NCBI GenBank assembly: GCA_030141605.1
Contig: JAQGDQ010000236.1
Coordinates: 124,001 to 188,000, forward strand
DNA length: 64,000 bases
From: Tubiluchus corallicola
Taxonomy: Eukaryota > Animalia > Priapulida
Reading direction: 5' to 3'
Numbering within the stretch: position 1 is the first letter of the stretch; every line of letters starts with the position of its first letter. The translations under genes and the position numbers were made by a program. The notes beneath the pieces are model-generated. The model was not told where the DNA came from, did not search any database, and saw only the letters and a list, made by a program, of their open reading frames with translations. Shown piece after piece: positions 27,604 through 39,398 of the stretch.

Positions 27604-30600
27604 TTACAGTGTTGTGTAACTGAGAAGCTGTGTAAGCAATGAGATGAAAAGTAATGATAACACCGCTCTGTTCATACCACACTTACCAAACACGTTGGCA
27701 TCATAGTTGAAGCATTCACGATTATCCTTTTCCGAAATGACTGTAAATTTCTGTGCTTGACAAAACTCGTTACCCGAGTGGTAAGCATTCACAAGCAGTA
27801 CATTGTCTAGATAAGCTTCTCGGCAATGCTTATACATATCACTGCAAAAGCTTTCGCAGATATGAAGTGTTCTGAATTAAAAGTAAACATCAATTCGATA
27901 TACTTTCCAACAAAACCTGTATATAGTCTAATTGAATTTGGTACTAGTAACTAGTGAGCACTGAATTTTATTAATATTATAAGGCGTAAATTTTGTTTTT
28001 ATCATGTAAACTTTAACGCTTTTACTTTCACAGGGAAATGCAAACAAAAATTCCCTCAAAAATTTTCTAGAATTCTGTTCAGAAATACAGTTATGCAGTT
28101 TACGTACTTTATAAAACTAATACCAGACAGTCAAAATGAAGCAACAAGCAAGTGTCCTAAAAATAACACACGCTAAAACAAAGTGGTTTCATTGAATTCT
28201 GAGTATGGCTTCGCTATGACTTGCCACGTTAAAAAAAATCATCTATGTTTGTTATAGTATACATCGTTTGTCGCAGATGCGAGGATGGACAGGCAATAGG
28301 CTTAAACTGTGGTTTGGTTATAATAACGTTTTGACTCAGGTGCCATGACATATTGGCTGATGGATTTACTTTAACTTTTGTTTACTACTGTTCATTATGC
28401 TTACCATTTCCATGTATATGTGGACTGACTATGAGACAATGATTTTGAGTAAAATGCAGATAGCAAAGTTAAACCATGTTTTCATCCAGTGATTTCATCT
28501 GTTTAACACGAACATCGCAAATACAAAAACAGTCTGATAAACCTGTCAATGTCGGTTGTTGGCTCTCCCCAAAACACCCCAGCGACAACCTTAGCGTCAC
28601 AATATCGTTCGCACTACACACATGTCATCCCAAAAGTCAAACAAACAGGTGCCAGGGCTAATAAAACATTCCCAGGAAATGTTTACTAACCAAAAGTATC
28701 GTTGTCTCTTTCAAAACATGTTTCTTATATTCATCATAACATATGTTCGCCTTTTTAAACGATGTTAAAGGTTAAATGATGTTAAACGAACATAGGGCGT
28801 GCCATATACTATGTTAGACAACAGCTCAGAACGACCAACAGTCTAAAATACCTCAAATGCAAAACAATGTTTTCTAGATAGATTCTACATTAAAAAAATT
28901 GTTTGTTACCATGTTACCATTGAAGCCTACGTTCATTTTCACCGTTACACAGTCGAAGCCATCCTACTTACAAGACATCAATTCTTGCTTGTCGGAAATG
29001 CGATGAGTAAAAAATAGGTACTATACTAGATTAGCGAGACACAGGTCAGTCATGACAGAGGGGCAGCCTTGAGAAATCTCTTGTTTACTTGCTAAATATT
29101 CAAAGAATTTAAAATCTGTTTCGAGTGAAATCACTCAATTTCACTGTTGTGTCCTAACAACCGTTGCAGATATTATTTAGCTGCTTTGTAATTTTTTTAT
29201 TGTTTTTATAGATATCATGGCTGCTAAATTTTGTCGATTAATAATTATATTAGCAGACCTCTGTCATGACAAAAGAACAGTAAATGAGATGTTATTGGCA
29301 CTTTACCTGTTGTACCATCTGTACTGTTCTGGACTGCAGAAATAACACATCATGTAGTTAACATAATTGTTGCACTTCTGTTTTCCACCTGTTGGCAATT
29401 TCAATTTCTCGAACACTTGCGTTACCTGAAATACATGACTGCTTGGTAGGGTGGTTTATAGATGAGTGGTCATGGCGTAAGCTTGGCTGCACAGTTAGGC
29501 AAAACTTGGTCTGATTAGTAAATTAATGGGTGATTGCTGGGAAAAGTTTCGTTTGCTAAAGTGTCCTGGCTATGATTCGTATTGAGTGAGGAAGTACCCT
29601 CGTCTGAATGCAGCTTAGACCCTTTTTGGTTCAGGGTCTTATGCTACGTTAGAGAATTGCCTGTGATAGCTGACTAGATTTTGGTCTCATCACAAGTATC
29701 TGCAATACGTAAGTTCGAGGACTGAATGCTGGCTTTTAGTCTGATTAGTTGCATAATACTACTACTAATCATGAAGATGTCAGCAACAATAAACAACCCT
29801 TAATGGAAACGTAAAATTTCATGGTTTTCATTAAGTTAACGTATCTTTCTTTGAGTGCCTTAATTGACTAGTCTAAACTGTCTCCACCAACACTCTCTTC
29901 TAAAAAGTTTTGAATAATTCTTTTTAGCTTAATCTTTTTTTCTGTTCTGTCTTTGTTGCATATTTTAGCTTGACTGACTTTTAGCAGCTTTTCTCAATGC
30001 AAGATCACAAAAGTGTTTTGAGTTATGATACATAGTAAATAGCATTTAGCACTGGTACCTCTGTTCTTTTACAACAAGCCAACTCTTTGTACCACATGCA
30101 GTTTGCCAAATTACTCTCAGCAACAGGCAGCCGTGAATCGTCTGAACCTAAAGGAAGAAAATAGGCTACATCAGTCCCCCCTTTTAAAGTTTATGTGATC
30201 ATCCAATTAAAACTTTAGTTATCAACAGCAATGAAGTTGATCAGGAATATTATCTACTTTGATATTGTTAGTGACTAGTTCAAGCTGTTTAAATTTATAC
30301 AGGCCTTTCCAGGGTTATGTTTTTAAGTTTTCAATCTATTTTTTAATTATCAAAAATGCTTTGGCATTATTACAGTTAAAATGTATACTTTTTACCGTAC
30401 GGAAACATTTTTTAATCATCGTATAATACGTCTTCCAAGTCATCATACATTCACAGAACATTAGTAAATTTAAAAATGCAAAGAGAGTGACACGCCCAAT
30501 GTCAACTGTAAGTGTAAGATAGCGTTACTAAAGGAAGCACATCTCAACTTCTCTTACCAAAATAAGTGCACTGCAGTTGCTTATCATCGAATGCTTCCAA

Positions 30601-30666
30601 ACTAGCTAGGATAAAACTTGCATAAGCACACAGAAAAGCTAAAAACAGTGCTATAGCAAGAACCAT
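27604..30666 (-). CDS. Folate-receptor/riboflavin-binding-protein-fold secreted protein with signal peptide and GPI-like hydrophobic tail, 194 aa
   Basis: Exons 30666-30558, 30147-30059, 29425-29307, 27871-27604 are in phase and give MVLAIALFLAFLCAYASFILASLEAFDDKQLQCTYFGSDDSRLPVAESNLANCMWYKELACCKRTEVTQVFEKLKLPTGGKQKCNNYVNYMMCYFCSPEQYRWYNRTLHICESFCSDMYKHCREAYLDNVLLVNAYHSGNEFCQAQKFTVISEKDNRECFNYDANVFGKCGMNRAVLSLLFISLLTQLLSYTTL*. The Cys pattern CxWY..ACC / C..C..CSP / ICxxFCxxxYxxC / FC / CF matches the folate-receptor family. Confidence 0.85.
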
Positions 30667-30887
30667 AATAATTTATTGTTGTCCTTCGTATTCTGAGGCA
30701 AAGATCACAGTCAAATTCATAACGTTATCGAGATTTTCCTACAGTAGTTTAACAGAGTGGCTGACTGCCACTGACAGGATAATATGTACGCTGTTAAGAT
30801 GCGAAACAAGTGCTGTGTGCCCTACTACGTCTGTACTGATCACGTGTCCTCCTACAGCCCTTAGCAACGACAGTCAATAAATGGACG
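30667..30887. promoter_or_regulatory. Bidirectional promoter between the folate-receptor-like gene and AK8
   Basis: Divergent start codons at 30666 (-) and 30888 (+). Contains an E-box TCACGTG at 30840-30846 and an RFX X-box half-site TTAGCAAC at 30861-30868. Confidence 0.65.
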
Positions 30888-33800
30888 ATGGATGCTACAA
30901 AATTCCCGCTTTCTGTACCTCCAGCATTTCAAGTTTATGCGGATAAACACAAACTGTTTGCCTTATTCCAGGTATTAAAAATTGCCTTTAGTAGCGTACA
31001 CACATCCTGTAACAAAACTCATAATGATTTTGAGTGTATGTTTATTAATTCTTTACGTGATAACCTTCTTTCCCGGTTAGTTCATTTGCCTACTCACAAA
31101 AACAGTTGCCTAGAATTAGTCTTAACTAACTGTCCTGAAGGCATTACGAATTGCTCCCCTTGGCATGGATTTTCAACCAGTTGTCATGACACTAGCATTT
31201 GTTGTGATGTTGAGTACAATTACCAACAACTTGTAACTAGACCGTTGCGTGACTTTAATCGTTCTAAATTATCTTCGTTACTGATTTTTTTTTAAACATT
31301 GACTGGAAAGCCCAGTTTCACAATTCTGACATTATTACTTGTTGGAATTATTTTTTGTCTGCATGTAATGAAGCAGTTGACCAATTTGTACCCTTAAGTC
31401 TATGAGGAACTTCTGCTAAATAGCACAAATTTATATCTTCCCATTGGCTAAATAACCCCATTGTTACTAAAGCCAGAACTCGTAAACGCAAATTATCGTC
31501 AAAATGGAACTGTTCCAATCTCTTAACAGTGTTCGTGCTGAATATACTCGCTCCTCGCAGGAATTGAAGTCAGCTTTATATTCTGCTCGCTTGCGATAAG
31601 AGGAGCGTCTTGCAAATCGACTAAGTAAGAATGGTAAAGAGTTTAGTAAACATTTCCTTAAATCTCCTAATCATATTACTACTATTAATGATCATCAACA
31701 TGGTATTTCAGATCCTATCACAGTTGCTAATACCATTAATGATTTTTTTGTTTTTTGTTTCTTTCTTCACTAATAAACCTGATGATGGTCCCTTACCAAC
31801 TCCCTTGTCTTGGAACAACGATAGTATTTCCTTCGTTGAATTTACTGTGAATGATGTCTATGATAAACTTTCCAAACTTCAACCTTTTAAAGCTGTTGGC
31901 CCTGACGTAGTTCACGGTTTTATACAGAAATCATGTGCCTCACAACTCTCATTACCTCTTTTTCTTCTTTTTCGCAAATCCTTGGAGTGTGGTATAGTCC
32001 CTCAGGACTGGTTAGACTGTAATGTTACCCCTATCCCCAAAAAAACTAGCACCAACTTGACGTGACGAATTATGCCCATTTCTGTATCTTCTGTTGTCTC
32101 TAAATGCCTTGAATCTCTTTTGTGGGACGATATATTAAAATTCCTCCTATACTATTCCCTGTATTTTCTGGCCAATTCGATAATAATCAACACGGCTTTT
32201 TACCACAACGCTCCACAATAACAAATCTTCTTGATTGCTTAAATAACTGGTCTCAATTCTTTGATGAAACTTCTCTCCCATCAATTGCTATTCTACATTA
32301 TGCTAATTTCATTAATTTATTTCCCTGTGTATTGGAGAATACTAGACGGTTGTACATTGACATGAGTTAGGTACTGATGGTACATCACATTTTTTAACTT
32401 GTCATACGGAAACATAAAGCAAAATGTTGGCTGTTGTGCCACTTTCACTGGTCACTATCAGCTTTTTTTTGGAGTAATAGGCAAATACTTGGTTTGTTTA
32501 ATATATTTTTTTACTAACGTGAAAAATATTAAAAAAGTAACTTCAGTATACCGAAAGTTCACCGAACCTTTCCAGGATTACATCAGACACCTACCGGGTT
32601 TTTATACTGATATTCGAGAAAAAATTCTGTGATCCGAGTATTCGGTGCTTCTCTGTCTTTGGATTGGTGGTTCACTATGACTCACTGTCTCTAGCTATTT
32701 CTCACAAGAGGGAAAGATAATCAGTAGGAAATGAACGAAATGCCTCAACTGTTTTTCACATATTTCAGTATGAATGCAGCTAAGATATAAATGTGATTAC
32801 CTCGTTTCAGATTATTGATAAGTACTTATATTCTGGTCATGTCATAATAGTTTACAATTTGTTGTACGTTGTGCCTTAAGTATTACAGTGCTAATTATGC
32901 AGTTTGCTACCACTGCAAGATTTTAATGATTATCATATATATCATAAAAGTTATCTGCATTGTTAATGTCAGCTAACTTGCTAAAGGATAACTGTCTTCT
33001 TGCTACCTAAAAGAAGTTTTTAACAAGTTGTCACAATTTCTTTTTTCACAGTACCTGACAGAGAAATTGGTTATTTACCAGCCAGAAGATCCAATACAGT
33101 TTTTGTGTGACCAACTTAAGTTAGATAATATAGATGGTACGTTAAACTTATAAAACCTCAATCTTTTGTAGTTTTCACGTGTATAAAAATGTTTCTGAAA
33201 TTTAATTATTTAATATTGTCTCGGCATCTGGGGAGGAGATGTTTATGTATAGTTGTAGGTGTGTCATATCTTTGAGTATGTCCAAGAATTTCGAGAATTT
33301 TCTACTAGATTTACTACTTTTATAAAATGTGGTTGAGCTTCTTTACGTCATTTTCTATAATTATGAGCTGTTGAATTTATTGTTTTCTCATACAACTCAT
33401 ATATGGCCCCTGGAATGCATGTGAAGCACGGTGCAAAGTTGTCTTGTCAAAATTCATCGTCATGCCATTGAAAACTTATAAAATGTTTGATTGTTGTTGT
33501 TGTGGTCACTTGGCCACTTAGTACAAACGATTTACCTATTGCAAATCAGCATAATTTTATTTGTTGACTGAGATCCGGCTGGCTAAAGTGATGTTGCTAG
33601 GGTTTTTATTATTCTAGTACCGAGGGCAGTTGTGATTGGTGTTTTTGCATCTGGAAAGACGACGCTCGCACGCAGACTCTGTGATAGACTGAATTGTGTC
33701 TATGTTTCTGTTTCTGATTTGACTAATGGAGCTGCAGATCCTGTAATTAAACAATCTATCGAAAACTACATTAATAAAGGCGAGGTAGTATGTGACCTTT

Positions 33801-36800
33801 GCTATAACTAATATATAAGTTAAATTTGAATATAAAACACTATGAGCATTACAGTCAGCTGAAGGTTAATTCATTCATATTTTATGGAGATGGTTTTTGG
33901 CTGACATTTCTGTCCCTTTTGGGATAAAGTTTAGAGTATGTTAACATAGAATGTAAATAAAGCTTATGGCTCATTCAGGGCATATTCTAAAATGCTCCAA
34001 CAAAATTGAATTCTATGGAACATTAAAAATATGTGTGCAATAAAGGCCGTGGTATGTACAGCAGAAGCGGCTTAATTTAATCATTATTTGTAACATCATC
34101 ATCATCAGGTCAAGCAGATTTTGCATTATTCAAAAGCTTAATTTTTCTTAGCTGTACAACTGTCATTTCGTTTTTAGGCAATACCTGTTGACACCTGGAT
34201 AAGAAGTCTAACTGAACGCCTTGAACAACTTGATTGTGCAAAATGTGGTTGGATATTGGACGATTTTCCACAAACTAGTTTACAGGCAAACGCTATGAAA
34301 AAAGCCGGAATTCTTCCAGATCACTGTAGTAAGAATGTGTTACGGAAACATCAGCATGTATATATTAATTGTTGCGGTCACTAAAAATGTTTCAGTGCAG
34401 TGAAATTCAAAGCCACTATTACACTGATGGTGGTTTTGAATTTGGAATTCTCAGATTATTTTTTTATCCTTTTATAATCTGTTTAAGCTGCATTAGCCAG
34501 ACGTCTGGAATTATGTATGCATTACTGCAGGACGCTATAGATAAAAGTCAGTTAATCTTGTTTTCAATGCATGCTCGTTTATCGATGAGGTCTGCATTAC
34601 TGCGTTATTGCATACTGGACTCTGTAGATTGGAAAAAACCTCTCTCTCTGTAGCAATCTTTCCACAAAGAGCTGTGGAAATAAGATCATGTAACACTTGT
34701 TACTTGACAATAAAGTACTATGTCAAAATCACTCATATTTAAAAATGACATTCTACGTGTTTATCCGCAGGTGTTTATTTATTTATAAGCAGTAAGGCAT
34801 GTTGTAACAGATCTACTGGTCTAATCAAGCAAATGTCGCAATGTAATGCTTACTCAGTTTTTGACTTCTGGTGAATGTGACTTTAGAATGAAGAAGCGGC
34901 TGTAAAATTGACGGAAAAACATTTTTTGTCCTATATTTTTACTTTGTAATTGTAGCAATGATAAATTAATGGGGTTGCAGTTAGTGTACCCACATATTTC
35001 TTGATTTGATATTATTATGGGGATTGTATGGTACTTGTAGGGAAGCAAGAATGTTTATCTTATAATTTTGGTTGTTGAAATTGCAGTTGTATTGGATGCT
35101 CCAGATTGGCTCTTGACTGACAGAGCAACAGGGAGGCTCATCGATCCAGACACCAATGGTAGGAAAACCTACAAGCATATTGCAAGTTGAAATTTAAACA
35201 AACTATAGCTTTCAAGCTTATAGGTGTTCAAAGAAAGAATGTAGCTACTTTTGTTGTCTAGTAAAAAAAGTAAACTGTAAGAAAAGTGATACTTGGTATG
35301 TTGTTGAGTGCTTAACATTGTACGTAGAGTAATCAGACATAAAATAAAAAAATTCAGAACTACTTGGGCATTGAGGGGGTTGTGCCTGGAGCCATTGTTA
35401 AATAGTGGGATGATATATTATAGAGGTGACATAGTGAGTTATAATGAGCTAATATACTCCGAGTTGGTTGACTGAATCATAAGGATGCATGGCAATTGAA
35501 CAGCACATCATGTTACTGATATTAAGTGTAAAGTGTGTGATCCATCTGACACTGATGAAGCTCAAAAACATGTGCCTTGTCAATTTTACATAGCTGTAAC
35601 AGTTCAAGCAAACTAAACGGGCCAGTTTAGAAAAAAATTCGGACAATCCAGAAAAACAGGATGTGGCAACTCTGACTTAATTATTGTGCTATGCTATATT
35701 AAAAGAAAACTGTATTGTGTGAGGTTTATCACACTTCCTGAAATTTGCAGGACTTTTCCAAAGATTGATAGCAGATCCAAGGTAGATGTGGTTGCAGGTC
35801 AATGTTTGTCTAGAATTTTGCAATAAACACTACTCACTAACTATGCAGAATGCTATTAACTAAATGCAGTAAACACATCCCAGCAAGGTTTCCCCACCTG
35901 CCCAGAATGCATTGCGAGTAACAATTTTCCAACCTTTCCTACAAGCTAAAGCACAAGAACAGTTTCCACTCTACTTCCAAACAGTAGCCCATCACCATTG
36001 ATGCCAATTGTAAACTTGTAGTGTGAAATTTTGTAAAATTTTGCTCTGTGATATAAACTTGTGATCAATAATGGCCCAAAAATGCACTGTCTTGCAGGAA
36101 AATGCTTTTGCAAATGGACCCATTAAATCCCCAGAATCTGCCAACAATGCATGATCGCAAAACTCCCTATGTCCCTATTTTGGATGCCTGAGATGTGGTA
36201 ACTCTGATTTTGTTCAATGGGACAAGTAAGAACATGTATTTTTTCATTTATTTCCCGGGCTTGTCATGCCTTTATTAAGTTGTGCAAAATTATGTTTAAA
36301 GCAAAGTGCTATGTTTTATAGATATATACCATTCCATATTCCGCCCACCACCTGATACAGCAACCTTAAACAGGGTGGTTAAGAGTGAGACCCTTTCAGC
36401 ATCGGGGATTACAACAATGCTGTATGAAAGTCGGCATACGCTGTCTAAGTTATGCAAGTGTTTTGAGCAACAGATCAAGATTATTTGTGCAGATCAGCCT
36501 ATAGATGATGTATTTGCTACTGGTAAGTGTTGCTGGTGTAAAATACGTTAAATAATTTTTGCAACCTGCCTTTGACAATCATTTATATGCATTACATCAG
36601 TTGAATCACATTAAATGACTTTTTATACTCAGTTTTAGTTAGTCTCACTCACTATATGAATTTTATTTATTTTTACAGTTTCCACACTGAATTATAAATT
36701 TCTAATAGAACTTACAAAAACTGCAGAGTTTGGCTTCTTCAGGCAATGAGAGATAGTTGTACATTGTATTTCATTTCTCGCCATTGTTGCACTGACTGTA

Positions 36801-39349
36801 AAATTTGCTTTCTCAATGTTTATGGACACTACTAGATAGCAAGCAGCACATTACTATTTTTAGTAATTTATAATGTAAGATTTCACTTATAAAAGCAAGC
36901 AGTAATAATATTACTTTCATTACCGTGTAAACAATCTGGCTATTACTTCAAGTGTTGTAGTCAATTTTTGCATGCAGCTTACCACTGCTTTGTTGGCAAA
37001 GTCTTCTTTTATATACATATAACACAGATTGAATAAGTTATAATTATTCAAATTCAATGGATCTCCAAAAATCTGGAGAAGCAACAGAACTTATTCTAAT
37101 GGACCATCACTAAAAAACTGTCAATACTCTTCATGTTATTTATTGGGAATACTTTTATGCTTTGATACTGCTGTTAATATGTTGCTATACTACTAAGCTA
37201 TAGATAACATCTGCATGCTTTGTGTCCATATTATTAACCATTTTTGAAGGCTTAGCTGACTTATATGCAATTACAGCACTGGCATTTATAATGAAGAAAC
37301 CACAAGACATGGCTCCACACATTCCTAGAATTATACTGGTGGGTCCACCTGGTAGTGGAAAGATGACACAAGCTGATCTGCTTGCTGAAAAGTACAATAT
37401 TGTACCAGGTAAATGTTGTATACTGTATAGGTTGTTCTTTCAAGTCATTCTGTTTATTAATTTTTTTAGGAAAAATAGCATAATACTGCTCAATATATCT
37501 GCATGGATTCGCAAGTGCCGACAATCGCTTTAGTCTCCTGCATTGCAGTATGTGACTATGTTTTTGTATGTGTGATAATCACTGAACATCATATTGTAAA
37601 TAAAATATTTCTGCATATTTTTAGTTGACTATAACGAACTGATACAGCAGAATAAAATGTATCGAACAAAAGAAGAATATGCTGTTAAGTCCTACTTTGC
37701 TGGCAGCTTAACCAGTAAGTGTGTTCAAATTTCTATTCTTGTTTTAATATTCTATGTGAAAATATGGAAATTCTTTAATAGCAGTTTTTATTTGCGATAA
37801 AAAATACGTCATTTTCCCTGTCATCTCCTATGATAACAGTGTTACATTAAAATGTCAAAAAATGAAGTGCTTACATGTTTTTTAAAGTCTCGTGACTTCC
37901 AAATCTGGTGACTTTATCCCTTCATGCAGCGTCTTCGCCCATCTGCTTTTTGAGATTAAGCCAGTTATATCTGAACTATTTGGGTAGCTTTACACCCAAG
38001 GTGTAACACATGGGGTAACTTTGAGACAAGATGATGGTCAAGGTCAAAGGTCACCTGCAAGGAATATCCAGAACCTGGCCAAACAGGTAGAAATTTCAAT
38101 AGCTGCATGGCAAGGATTGGTGTCCTAGAAAGAAGTGAGTCACTTTCGTTTGAGAAAATAGAGTAACCTGTTACTTATTGACAGTCCAACATTAGTGCGC
38201 TACTGAGCTGGCACAGATATCTTGGCTACTTCGGATGTGCATACATGCTCCCTCTATGAGGTGAACAGCGCAATTCAGCATGTGAAGTGAAACCACCCAG
38301 AATGGGAAGCAAAACAGCTTACCCTTCCACTTACTGACCAGCCTCAGCCATTCTTAACTTTGCTCGCCAAACATACTGAGAACATACTAAGAACCTAGTG
38401 AGCTCAATACCCAAACTGATTTGTCTAACTTGTCAAGGCAGTCAAGGAGTTGATGTCAATATGAAGTCAGATTTTTCATGTGAATTGAAGCTTGTAATTG
38501 AACATTTACAAGATTATCAGATTGTTTCCAAAGAGTGAGGCTTCTAAAAAGGTACTCACCAAATAAGTGAGCTTATTAAGAGTTGTTAGTTAATCATTAG
38601 CTAGACTTCTCAAGAGAGCAAACACATTTGTCTCCACTAGTCAAGGTATTCTAAAATGTTCAGTAAATCAAATCTTTGAATGGAGTCACACAGGTTAAGC
38701 TTAGTGAGACAGACATGTTTGATAACACTGTCTGAGAACAGAAAGAAATCAGAAAGTCATACTTAAGAGAATCCAAAGAATGAAGAATATAAAAGTAATT
38801 TGCCAAGTTGCACATTTATTAGGTGAGTATGGTATCTCAAGTGTCAGAGTGGAAATATTTTCCTTTGTCAAAATTATGAAGTACATTCTAATGTAGGCCC
38901 ACCGTGTGCAGTAAAAGTTAACTGCCTAAAAATAGCAACTTGAAAGTCTGTCTTAATAAACTGAGTAGACACAGTCATGCTATTTTATAACTTGAATTAA
39001 CTTGTTATGCTACCATTATTCATTATTGTTTATCTCTTGTAATCAAATTGTTTAATATTGTGCTTTAAAAATCTCCACTTTTAATTGCAAAGTAGTTTTT
39101 ATGCAGGAGCGGGAACTGCGACTGTAAAACATATCCTAGGGCAAAGGCTAACTCAAGAAGACTGCCTGCGACGTGGCTGGGTTCTTTACGGATTTCCAAA
39201 TAATCTAGAACAAGCTCGTGCTTTAGATGACATTGGTCTTTCTCCAACCAGGTTAGAACAGCTGCTGAATACCCACTTATCTCTCTCTTTTTTTTGTCAA
39301 AGCTCTGTTTTTCTTCTTTGTCTTTCATTTCTTTTGTTTTTCCTGCTGT

Positions 39350-39398
<49 letters not shown>

